From contig DF237145.1 in NCBI GenBank assembly GCA_000708835.1, positions 69,468-133,467 of the forward strand: a DNA stretch of 64,000 nucleotides, given 5' to 3'. The position numbers were made by a program, and so were the translations under genes. This DNA comes from Klebsormidium nitens. Its lineage: Eukaryota > Plantae > Klebsormidiophyceae. Positions 1-11,949 of this stretch are shown here, piece after piece; the first letter of the stretch is position 1, and every line of letters starts with the position of its first letter. Under the pieces are notes generated by a model, which was given only the letters and a program-made list of their open reading frames with translations, was not told where the DNA came from and made no database searches.

Positions 1-274
1 AACGGGGCACGAGCTCGAAACTTCCTTCCGCGGTTCTCGCGCATGGCGGCCGCGCGAAAGCGGCACGGGGCAGTCACGGCAGTGAGCGGATCGAGGGACT
101 GAGCGAACGCCAGAGCTCGCTGCAGCTCCGCAATAACAGTTTTCCGAATGTAATTGCTTCTTTCAATTGAAGCGGAGTCATGCAAGAAAGAATGTTTCGA
201 AGGGATCAGGCTCCAGGATCAAGCTTCTGGCAGTGCGCTCGGGGAGGTGTCCCGGTCACTTTTTCGCCGCTCAC

Positions 275-3200
275 CTTCCCGTCCTGGCACCCGGTGGCCA
301 GCACCCCGGGCGCGACCATCGCCATGCAGCTGACGTCATCCGCGTGTCCGACGAACATCTTGTGGTTGGTGACGGTGTCCGTGTGCGAATCCTCCCACAC
401 GCACACCTGGAAAAAGTGGAGAAGCTTCCGCTTTTTCTTCTCTAAACCAATCCCCCTTTCTTGGTATGTTTGGTGCAGATCGCATTCTCAGCTCCTCAAA
501 ATGTGAAGTGCTATGGGCTGGTTACACTGTCCATGTGCGAATTCTCCCACACGCACACCTGGAAAAAGTGGAGAGGCTTCCGCTTTTTCTTCTCTAAACC
601 AATCCCCCTTTCTTGGTATATTTGGTGCAGATTGCATTCTCAGCTCCCCAAAATGTGAAGTGCTATGGGCTGGTTACACTGTCCATGTGCGAATCCTCCC
701 ACACGCACACCTGGAAAGAACGGATAAGCTTTTGCCGCTCGTTTTGGAATCGAAGCTCCGGTTTTACTGGATTTGATGGGCTTCGCGGTCTCAGGTCCTG
801 AAATTGTGAAGCGCTATATGCTGCTCACAGTGTCCATGTGCGAATCCTCCCATACGCACACCTGGAAAGGGTGGATAGGCTTTGCTTCTCGTGTGACAGT
901 CTGAACTCCCCTTTCTCCTCGATCTGGTGCAAATCCCATTTTCAGCTTCCTGATATTGTGAAGCGCTATATGCTGGTCACAGTGTCCATGTACGATCTTC
1001 CCATACGCACAACTGGAAAAGTGGTTAACCTTCGCTTTCGGTCCGAAATCGGATCTTCGTATCTTTTAAACCTGGCGCAGAATGCGCTCCCAGCTCCTGT
1101 CATAGTGAAGCGCGATGGGCTGGTTACACTCTCCAGGTTCGATCCTCCCACACGCACATCTGGACGAGCGAATAAGCCTTTGCTCCTCGTTCTACAATCT
1201 GATGTCCCTTCTTCTTTTCTGGGGTGCAGACTGCGTCTTCAGGTCCTGCAATAGCGAAGCGCTATGCGGCAAAAGCTCGGAGGCAACAGCGCGCGTCGTC
1301 CGTCCCCAGACCTTCCAAATCTGCTTTCAATACAGGGATCCGCCCAAAGGCGTAGCGCAATCAGAAATGTAAAGAAACGGGAGAATAAGGTAAAGGGCTC
1401 TGCGCTCTCGAAGCTTGAAGTCTGTCACGGCCTTAACGACTCGTCCGCAAACCTGTGACTTTTCGTCAAAATGTTTGTGCGCCTAAGACCGCGCTACTCT
1501 CAGCGATAATCGCTTCCATTACCAGCCGTAAGGTCACAGATCCTTTTCCAAAAGCCAAGGCTCAACAGCATAATCGTGACGCTTTTGACAGTCAGCTGAA
1601 AGTTTCAAACCCTTCTTTGGAGATTTTGCACTCACATGCGCGTTCCAGCCAGCTGCGGCGACGAAGCACGCCTTCGTCTCCACGACTGACGCCACGCACG
1701 TCACCTCCATGTCGCCAAATCCCTGCGAGTCAAACGAAGAGCGAGAAGTTTTGCTGTGAGAGGTTTCTCTACCGACGTGGTAATAGTATGCAAGGTTGCC
1801 CTAAGCAAGGATGAATGACAAATGGAAGGTTAGAAGGCTCAAGTCGTCTCGTTCTTCATTTCATGGGGAGTAACGAGTGCCACAGGCGTCGCTTGAGACT
1901 TGGCTAGGATTCAGCTTGTTTTCAACTTAAGTTGGGTCTTGAGTCGCACCATTCTTTGGTGTACTTGCCCGACTAATGTTTTCAAGCCCTCTTCATTTCC
2001 GCGAGTTGACTTTCCCCCCCTTTTCTCCGGGAAAAGCAGACACCGGCAAGATACAGTTGGGTAGACGATCCGCTTAGTGTTCGAACTGCAACCTCAGGCT
2101 ACTTAACGCGCCGCCTTGTCGATGTAGTTTGGGGTCCCTACGGCTCCATAGTCTCTTGCCCTCTGCCAATTGCTTGCTCCTTTATCACATTCAGAAGCTA
2201 CAACTCTTGCTGCTTAGACAGCAAGGCACCTAGGCAGAGAGGCCCGACAGGGAGTGCTTGACAGTTCCTTGGATGTTCGGAGGAGATACGATGATGTCTC
2301 ACCACAAACGTCTTGAGGCACGCCCCGTTGTTGAAGTTCCAAACGCGGACCGACCCGTCCTGGCCCCCCACAAGGAGCCGCCGCCCCGTGTGGTCGAAAA
2401 CAGCAGCGCTGATCTTGCTTGCCCTGACAGAAAGTTCAGAGCCTCGAGGTTAGACTGCTAGCTTCAAGAGGTGCCAAGGTGTTGGGGGTCAGTCTGGCGA
2501 AGTCCTTTGGTCAAATACTGATAGAGGGTTTGAATTTTTGAATTCCAGCATGTCGGCTGCGTGAGGTACTTAGGTGTGGTGAGTCGGTTCGGAGAAGTCC
2601 TTTGATCAAAGACAGCAGCGCTGATCTTGCTCGCCCTGACCTACAAAGGGTTTAAGATTTCGGATATCAGTTGACGAGTCTTGTGAGGGGCTTCAGGCAT
2701 CGGTAGTCAAATCTGTGAATGGCCGGAGCTGCGCTGATCTTGCTCGTTTTGATGGAGGGAACGATTTCGGCTCAGGAATCAGCGTCGATTGTGAAAGGGT
2801 TACTTTTCAACGGGTTCAAATCTTGAGGTTTCGGATGACCAGGTTTTTAAGGTGCTTCAGGCATTGGTAGTCAGTTCTTTAAATGGCCACAGCTTCACTG
2901 ACCTTGCTCGCCCTTGATAAAGGGAACAATCTTGGTTCAAGAATCAGCGTCGTTCGAAGATGTTTTCAAGACTTTTCACAGGGGTTTGGACTAGGTATGT
3001 GATGTCTGGATTAAGCGGCCCCAGCAAGCAAGAGATACAGTTAGAGATTTTTGAGCTGATCTTGACTTTTATTCGGGTTAAGTTGAGGTTATTCTGCTTC
3101 AGGCATACTACGACATGGCAATCTGCAATCTCTGGACCGAGGAGCGAGTCTATAGCTCGGCATTGCTTACAAGTCATCTGTCTGAGAAAACATGCTTGCA

Positions 3201-6200
3201 AATTTGGGTGGAAGGGAGTTTGGGTGAGGGGAGGCCCGCTCAGGAGAGTCCTGCGAAGTAGGCAGTGTCAGCTCCCGGCCAGCCTATGACCCTGCAAAAA
3301 TTCATGCGTACATAAGACGCGCGACCAGTGCTACCAGTCGTTTGTTTTTTCCTTGCTCATTAGTTTAAGGCAGCCAGATCGGACGCTCAAATTCGCTTAT
3401 ATCGCCGGCGGAATATGATCTCCTTGTGGGTCCCATAATTTAAAAATATCGACGGTCGAAGATTCCGATACCGCCGATTGGACCGTCGCTGCTTCTCGTG
3501 ATGCTTATGCGCGAGCGACGCTGCGGAGTTGGCGGGCCGGTCGCAGTAAGTAGCTGAGCGCTAGTTGGACTAAGCGCTTGCTTGTCCAACTGGGACTGGG
3601 TTTAAGGAAGGGAAACGTTATAAAAAGAATAATACAAAGCTTACTTGTTTAGCGGGTCACTGAAAGTAAATACGCGCTCCCCGTCGTCGACGTTCCACAC
3701 CGTGATCGCGCCTTCCGCCTCCAATACCACCAGCTGCAACATTGAAATTATGATCGTTATTGTGAGTTTTCGCAGCATTTTGCAAACTGCTTTCTTGGAT
3801 CATGTTGACTCCTGCTTGCAATCCAGCAGGGGCCATGTATTTCGTTGTGCTGGAATAGAACTTGGAGTATGAGCTCAGCGCATTCAAGCTGCCGCCAGAT
3901 GTTACTTCAAGTTGTGTAGACCGCTGTCATTCATTACACAGCAATTTGCGAACATGGGTGGAAGCACCTACTTGGCCCTTCTGCCACATCGACACTTCTT
4001 GGCTCTCCGACTTCCGCGGTGAGTCTCTAAAGAATAGTTCGTCAGCATCCGCAATTATGTCTTTTTTCCCTTCGCGGTGAGCCTTCAAAGATTACTTCGT
4101 CAGCATCCGCAATTTCTCACCTGTCTAAAGTTCGCGTTATACAGTGCGGTGCACACTTGGCTGGGCAGCACTTCCTTCGCTTTCTTCTGGTTCCACTGTT
4201 GAAGCGCGAGGCCACCCGCGACGAGCGCGCGGGTTTCGGGGTTTTGGAACAGCGCCGTGATGCTGGGCGTATTCACACCGGGCTCGGACAGCGTTTGGAT
4301 GCAGCGGTTGGTCCGGAAGTCCCACACCTTGACGACCTTGTCCGCGCCCAGGCTCAGGATCTGCGCCTCGCTCTCGTTCACGAACACGTCCTGAAAGATC
4401 CGGATCGAACAAGATACTTGATCAATAGATCGGAAACTACGTCCTGAAAGAGATGGGTTTAAAATAGATAGTGATGGGGAGGGGCTAGCGCACTGCCCCA
4501 AGTCAGAAAAGCAGAGGCACGCAAGTTAAGGGAGCGGATCAAGGAAGGAAGGGAACGACAGGCACTAAGAAAGTCGGAGGAGAATATCAGGCTGGCTCTT
4601 AGAAGCTGTATGCTGAAAGATTCCACGCATAACAGGGCCTTAGAGGGGGCGTCTGCCACGTTCGCTTGCATCGATGCAGAGAAAATGTGTATCCACTGCC
4701 TATCGCTGCAATCCTGGGCTACGTGTCTCTTGCGAGCGACTGCAAAGCTGACAGGTCGGGCTTTTGGTCGCCGTGTGGATCCTATTCCGGGGACGCCTCC
4801 TTCGGAAAGGACCGAATATTGAGAGGGACATAGGAAAAGCTAGCGATCTAGAGGAGGCGAAGGAGCCGTGAAGTTGAGCGGCATCGCCAAACACTATTTC
4901 AGAAGCTTTCCTTTTTTGATTCTGAAAGCTGCAAGACGATTCTAAAGAAAACCTGGCTGGTTATAAGCGGTACCGCTCAACGTATGGCGTATCAATTCGT
5001 ATGACATCTGCAGTGGAGGAGTCTATGTTGAGATGCATTGATAGGACGGCAACAAACAGGAAATTCAAGACTCTGAACCCGGAAACGTAAGGCTTTCCCG
5101 TGGAGCAGCTAGTAGGGGTCTCTTTCGCAGTCCGCCTCTTCTTTCTGCTTTTTCACATTAAGATGCAGAAGATCCAGTTGTTAGGCGCAGCAAACCAGAA
5201 CAAATCAACAGCATCGGATCTCTCGCATGTACTTTTCCAAAGTATCTCCTAGCCTGGAGAATGATGTACCATGACCGGCGCCGAATGTCCTTGCAGCGTC
5301 GCGAGCGGCCGCGCCGAGTAGGGGCTCCACAGCAGGATGTTGCGCTCCACCCCGCACGTGACGATGAAGTTGAAGCTCCTGCGTGACGTCAGCGAGCGTC
5401 ACCCTGACGACATCTTCTCTTTGACGAAGCACAGCATAGGCTGCGGTTCTGCGTGCTCGCTTCAGGAATGTTTTGTTCTCTAGGGAAGCGCAAAGTCGCT
5501 GATTTTTATAAGAAGGCCTGCGCATACGATCCTAACGGTCCCGATTCCAGGTCATTTGAACTTGTACTCATGGCTTGGCGTCTACTTTGCGATATTAATA
5601 GCGCGATATTTTGCGCTCGTTGAGAGGGTGGCAGAGATGCTAATTAACAACCAGAATGCATGCACGCGAGATGTTGATTCTCTGCTCATTCATCTTTTTC
5701 GCTTTAGCAAGAGGAAAACAGATTGTCCGAGAAGACGACAGTACTGACCTGCAGTAGTCGCAGGCGTAGACTCCCTTTTGGTGTTCTTTAGCCGCCCACT
5801 TGACCTCCCGCTTCTCGTAGTCCAGCATATTCAGGTACCTGCAAGTAAAGTTGCGGCTTTCGACTAAGCACAGGTCTACTGAATGAGTTTTCAGGGCCTC
5901 TGAATCAGCGCAATATACGTATATATGGGACGCACTGGAGGTCGCGCTCTCAGCGAAGCCCGCTCACGTGAACGGAGAAGAAGAATATACGGAGTGCCCA
6001 CTATCTAATTTCAAGATTTAGAACATTGTTTAGGCCCGCTCTTTGTTCTTGGTTGCTTGAGCCAAAAAGTGTCGTGCAGCGCTCACAAGCAAAAGCGAAA
6101 GTTCGACTACAAGCTCCGCGTATCCTTAATCTCGAATTTTACCTAGTCTCCGTGGCGCAACTCATAGGCTCGCCGGATAAGCTAGATACGAAAATGCGTA

Positions 6201-9200
6201 ACAGCAACTGCAGCAGATGTATATTACAGCAGAAGAACGGAAAGCACATGCGGAGACCCTATTATCACAGCCCCGCTCATCTCATTATAGCATGTTCGCA
6301 GACTCGCCGGAACCGCTTCACCCCAACTTCAAACCTCATCATCTAGCAAACGGCAAGGGGAAACAAGAAAGAGGGATAGATCTGCCCAGAGTATGACAAG
6401 AGAGTACAGAGGTAGAGCTTGTGACTAGCTCTCACCCATCCAATGAGCAACTCAAAAGACTCGCAGAGTGCGAGATGTACTTGAGCCGCGTCACCCAGTT
6501 CTTGTGCACCTTCCACGGCGCCGAAATCTTGATCCCCGGCAACGTGTGTTCCGCCACCACCGGGGGGGCCCCGCTGCCGGGCTTTCTGAGGGGGGGGAAA
6601 CGGGGGCACGAAATTAGCATGACGTCAGCATTGAGTACGCGGGGATCGGGGGACGTCCGAAGGTGCGGCGATCCGCCGACAGAACGGCGTAGATTGGGGA
6701 GAGACGTGACAGGCTGCTCCGGTTTCGAACGAAGGAAGACTCTCTAGCGACTTTTCTTCTTCGACAATTCTCGGGGTGTCAATCGAATGGTGTTTCTCAG
6801 CGCGCCGCCGGTCGTACACAAGTTGGAGACTGCTCCCCCTAGATTCGTTAATGTCTCGAGCCTGAGTTGCAGACGAGGTTTATTTTGAACTTCCACTTTT
6901 CTGTTCGCTTCACTCCTTCCTTTCTTGTTAGCACGTGCTCGAGTCGTGGCAGTTTGAGATTGAAAACATTCGCTTTGGCCGTCCGTTCCGGCAACCACTT
7001 GACGAAGAGCGAATGAGCGAGGACACACGCAGATACTTTCCCCTCACTTTTTTGTTTTTATTTTTTTTTTTGGTTCCTTGCTTATTTTCACCCCCCTTGT
7101 TCCTGTTACTTCTGAAGACATGACTATGTACTCACGTGCCCCACTCGTCCGCAAACTGCAGGTCGTACAGCGCGCCCTTGTCGTCTCCGTACAAGAGCCG
7201 CTCCCGTTCCCCGGGCACCCAGAGCGCGGTCATGGGCACCGTTTCTATGTTCTGGATCCGACCCACTTTGTCCAGGGTCGGCCGGGCTGTGCTGTAGAAC
7301 GACAGGCTGCAAAGAGAAAGAAGTCTTCGGTGTAACTTGAACGAGTCTGGTTCGCAAGGTCAGAAGCACCATTTCTAAGTTCTGGATCCGACCCGGTTTG
7401 TCTAGGGTCGTCCGGGCTGTGCTGTAGATTGACAGGCTGCGAAGAGAAAGAGGTCTCCAGTGTGACCTGAGCAAGTCATAATTCAGAGGGACGACAAATG
7501 CACCGTTTTTATGTTTAAAATTCCGCCCAGTGTGTTCAGTGTCGGCCGGGCTGTGCTGTAGAAAGACAGGCTGCAAAGAGAAAGGATTCGCCGGTCTGCC
7601 TTGAACGAAGGTGGATTCGCAAGGTCAAAGATACCGTTTCCACTTTCTAGATCCGGCCCAGTTTGTCCAAGTTTGGCCGGGCTGTGCTGTGAACAGGCTG
7701 CAAAAAGAAAGAAGTCGCCGCTCTGCCTTGAACGAGGCCTGAATCGCGATGTCAAAAGCACCGTTTCCACATTCGGGACACGGCCCAATTTGTCTAAATT
7801 TGAGCGGGCTCTGCTGTCGAATGATAGACTGTAGACAGAAAGAAGTCTCCGGTGTGACTTGAGCGAGTCGGAACTCCGAGAGCGATCTGGACACCAGTTT
7901 GACGTTCTGAAACTCCACCCCTTGAAATCAAGGTAGGTGGTTATGGTGTGGTTTCTGGATATCCAAAGGCTTGGAACCTTCGAGACTTCGGAAAAACAGA
8001 AACATTCCTGTGGTTCCTGGAAGTTCCACCGCGCAAAGGTCTTCACCTTGAGCTTCGTATTTCTAGCCACTGCATTTTTCGGTGTCGCATGGGAGTTACA
8101 GCTCCATAGATTCTATGCTTCTCCTTTACTCCAATTCAGGGAGGGGTACAACTTCAAAGCACAGCGAATCCGTGTAACCTCGTCACTTAGAAGCTCGGAC
8201 CAGATTTGACGTCCGCACCTTCTGTCCATACCCAACGTCACCAGCGTCCGCATACTCTCGGACACCTGCATGTCCGTGATCCACGCCGGACCATTGTTGA
8301 TCGTCCGGACGGGTTGCAGCGTGACGGGGCTCCACAGCTTGATCAGGCCGTCTTGTGACGCCGTGACGTACTGGTGAAAGCTGCTGATGTAGCCAATCTG
8401 CGGGCGACACGTGGAAAGTTCAAATTCTCAGTGAAAATTTTGCGAACTTCAATGCTTCGAGTTTCTCGACCCGTCCGGGAGACGGCTGGAGCTTCTTGAG
8501 GTCGATCGTGTAGAACACGCTGATGGGCTACGGTAGAATTTGCCCAAAGTCAGCACGTTTAGGCCCGGACAGACACGTGGACAAGTTCCTGAACGGGTTC
8601 TAACTGATCTTTCTTAGCGCCATTATTCTTCTGTCCTTCGTTAGTACAGTAGACCGGCAGAATCTTTCGAATTATCCTTGTTCCTGTTCACACTGACTTT
8701 TCTCTTCCGCTAGCGTCCAGAAAGTTTCAAATTGCGCAGCAAGCGGCGACCCACCTTCTGGATCAGAGGGGGCATGGTCGCCGCGAGCGCGAACCCCCCG
8801 CGCGCGAGAAAGCTGTGTCCCGAGTCCCCGCGCGCGTTCTCGTCGACTTCGGTGGGCTTATGAGCGGGCACTCGCTGCTTCACGTAAGTGTGGTCGCCCG
8901 CGGCCGCCTCGTCGCTCATGGCAAGCTGCAGAAAAGCAGTTCGGTTAGCGTCAGGTTTAAACAGGTTACTGCATTATTGATCCGCTTCGCTGTAACAGCT
9001 CCCTCCCTGGATTCGCTACGCGTTACGCTATCCGGTCCAATCTGACCCGTAAGAGAAACTCCTCAGATCAAGGGATGAGACACCGCCACATGTGCGCTTA
9101 GCGGCTTGACCCAGTACGCAGACCGCTAATCGACCCAGCCTGACCCCTAGAGGAAGATTCTCAGCCTTGATATGGAGAAGCCGCCACGTGGGCCATTCTA

Positions 9201-11500
9201 AGCCTAAGTTTAAGCCTAACGTACATAGTCTCGTCCTCGGCCGGCTCCTTGTGATGGTCGTTGCTACAGGGGGCAGCGTCCGAAAACAGACATGCACGTC
9301 GGTAAAGAGCATCTCAGTCACTTTCTTCTAATTTACGTCCGCTAAGAGGCCAGTAGGGCTTCGCCCGTATCTGTAGGCGCGAGTCTCAGAAGGAGCAGGC
9401 CTTCTCGTCTCGACTTAGCCGTTGTTTGAGAAACGTGCTTTCTCACCTGCTGCAGTAAAAGGTAGTCCGTGAACTCAACCCTGCGTGCAAAGACACCACT
9501 GATTAACGTTTCTTCGTCTCCTTACAGCAGCACGGCTCCTGTTCGTGCTGGCAGTTTGCTGTCGTACAGAACGGAACAAGCTGTCCTGAATCCGCAGTTT
9601 CAATCGGCTGGTGAGCAGATAATTCGCCAGGCACAGAAAGAGATTAGAGTTGACCAAGCTTTGGTTTGTGTTACCAAGGGAACGCAGTCTATGTCTGGTT
9701 CGATACCCTTCCACCAACCTTGGTTAAGAGCAAAAGCTTTCTGTGAAGGAAGAATCACGACGTATCGCACTCCTCATAGCAGATTGCTCCACGGAGCCCG
9801 TGCTGACAGCAAACCCATTCGTTAACCCAGCTAAGACCTGAATTGTTTGGAAAGTGGAGCTCACACCCCTGGACCGGCACCGTGGAGCACTTTGCTTTGG
9901 AGTACAACGGTTTTTTTCAGACCTGTCCGGGTTCACTGATATGGGTCCGAGCGCGGTGCACGGTATCCAGCTTCGACAAGGTGCACGGAATACAGAAGTC
10001 TGAAACGGTACCTACCGAGCTGAGCTTTATGACCCGATGGGTCCGGACCGGCTACATTCCAAACTGGAACCGCCTGTTTCCGCGCACTTCGAGCTTTCCG
10101 TCGTTCGGACAGGTTTGAGGGAACCCGCTGTATGGATCGTCAGCGTTCGAAAGCAAGGCCGGGGACTCACCAGTCGACGGACCCGTCGCTGTTGGCGTCG
10201 ATCTTCATGAACAGGTGCGTCAACTGTTGCTCACTGCAAAAAGAAGAAGCGATCAGACTTGCTAAACGGGGTGAGATCTTTCCAAGTGCTGGCACGTTTT
10301 GACAGCGAGATGCTTCAAAGGGAGGACAAACTTGGCAAGTATGACGCGGGTTTGAACGAATAACACTGCAAATGAAGAAACGAAGAAGACCTCGCGAACG
10401 GGGTGTGATATTTCCTGTGCCGGCATGTTTTGAGAGCAAATGTATTTGACACGAGAACAAACTTGTCGGTTTTGACGCGGGTTTGAGTCGCAGAAGGTGG
10501 AGGAGGAGAAACGTATGTCTCAGAGCATCGGCAAGAAATCAGTTGTCTACAATGACTAAGCCTGTGAAAGATTGTAAGTCTTTCAAATGCGTAGGCATGC
10601 GCCCTCCGCCAGAGATGCCGATTCCGTCGACTCTGCGTCAAGATTCCATCATACTCATACACGCGCTCAAAAGTGTACCCGTAAAGCCTAAGAGTCCGTC
10701 TTAAAGTCGGTTTGTCGGGGTTGAGCGTTGTAAGTGGGCTACGAAAGATCAGTCAGCATTCCTTCATTCGAGGAGTTCTTTTAGATAATCGAAGCTCACT
10801 CCATCCCCTGCGTCAGCAATCTTCCTTTCGAAGAGCTGTCCAAGATGAGACGCGAAAGCTTACTCCATCCCCTTGCCCAGGGCCTTGATGTTCTTAAACG
10901 CTCGGACGAACTCCTCTTCGTCCAGCTCTTCTGAACCGTCGATGTCTGCACTGAGGAACGCCTTGCGCAGCTCCATCAGCGCCGTCAGATTCATCTGGCT
11001 CTCGTGACTTGGGATCTAGCGACATTCAGTACCGGACGGTCAGCAAACGTTTGGCCAAGCATGCCAGATCTGCGACTCTTCGTCAAGGAATGTGAGTTCT
11101 TTCCTCGTTGTACTTTCTAGCAACAGGCGGGTTTGAAGCCACCTGGCCCAAGAACAAGTCCCCCACACAAGCATACGGACAAAAGATTCAGGAATCCTCC
11201 TCGAACATAGCATAAATTTGATATCCAAAGAACCTTCCTCCTGAATCCGTTCGTTGCTCAAAGGCCCGGAGACTCATGCTCACCTCGCCCGACTCGAAGT
11301 GAACGCCATTGTGAGAAGTGCGGCTCCGCCGGACTGACCGGTCCGTTTGGATAACCGAGGGAGCGTCGGAGGAGGCGGAGAGGCGGGAGAGGCGGCTTGA
11401 GGGGGGCCCGCTCGAACTCTTTTGCGATTGTTCGGATTCCCGCGGGAGGGAAAAACCAATCTGTGGAAAGAGGGACAATTTCAGGATCATCCAAATCAAC
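275..11500 (-). CDS. EF-hand pair + WD40-repeat protein, WDR49/CFAP337/WDR64-like (multi-exon; 3' end beyond window start; start codon not fixed)
   Basis: GT-AG exons join in frame. 11015-10864 and ~10234-10171 give MELRKAFLSADIDGSEELDEEEFVRAF...LTHLFMKIDANSDGSVDW|VEFTDYLL (two EF-hands). WD40 exons follow: ~8400-8220 YVTASQDGLIKLWSP; 7306-7134; ~6570-6432 HKNWVTRLKYISHSASLLSCSLDG; ~5840-5748; ~5388-5278 IVTCGVERNILLWSPY; ~4392-4122 ILSLGADKVVKVWDF; ~3735-3646; 2423-2302 RRLLVGGQDGSVRVWNFNNG; 406-275 GHADDVSCMAMVAPGVLATGCQDGK. Confidence 0.85.
372..1200 (-). repeat. Tandem array, ~152-bp unit x6, made of the 3' splice site plus the first ~35 nt of the WD40 exon 406-275
   Basis: The motif cacacgcacacctggaaa recurs at ~397, 549, 701, 852, 1003 and 1150, decaying with distance from the true exon. 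Confidence 0.9.
2400..3130 (-). repeat. Degenerate tandem echoes of the acceptor and start of WD40 exon 2423-2302
   Basis: cagcagcgctgatcttgct(t/c)gccctga at 2401 and 2613, with degenerate copies at ~2727 and ~2891. gcttcaggcat..gtagtc recurs at ~2690, ~2855 and ~3097. Confidence 0.75.
7240..7870 (-). repeat. Tandem array, ~130-bp unit x5, of the acceptor plus 5' part of WD40 exon 7306-7134
   Basis: gggctgtgctgtaga..gacaggctgcaaagagaaag recurs with acceptor AG positions at ~7307, 7437, 7571, 7698 and 7829. Confidence 0.88.
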
Positions 11501-11949
11501 TCGAACTCTTTAAGGAGTGGCCGGACAAGTTCAAGAAGTTTGACCACTTCGTCCAAAAAAGTTTGCGCGAACCGCCAAAGACACGGTGCAACGTCCCTAT
11601 TTTCAATCGAGTCTCTGGGTAAAGTGTTATCACCATGTGCATGGAGCTCACTGGTTTTGAGGGGTTTTTTTGTGGACGAGACACTCGCGCTCCTTTCAAA
11701 GCCTACAATCAATCTTCAGAGCTGGCCCCGCTACGACTGTGACAAGGATTTGCAGGATCTTTACCTTCGCTGTCAGAATCAAACTTCAAGGCTATACTCT
11801 GCCACTCTAATGTACCGCCACCGTTATTATTGCTATATCCTGCTTACTTTCCTTGAGAATTTTGAGACCAGAAACAACCATTTTTGAAGCAAGAGGGGCT
11901 ACTCATGAGATATGCTGGACTCTATTCGAAAACGTACTTATATCTTTGA

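Noticed and set aside
372-1200. Regularly spaced repeats resembling a CRISPR array (also 7240-7870 and 30920-31330)
   Set aside because: The units are 130-152 bp, the spacers are themselves homologous, the context is a eukaryotic intron and there are no cas genes. They are splice-junction duplications.
3560-3595. Hairpin AGTTGGAC...GTCCAACT in a WD40 intron (possible Helitron end or ncRNA)
   Set aside because: It is a single 8-bp stem with no matching element boundary or RNA-family features.
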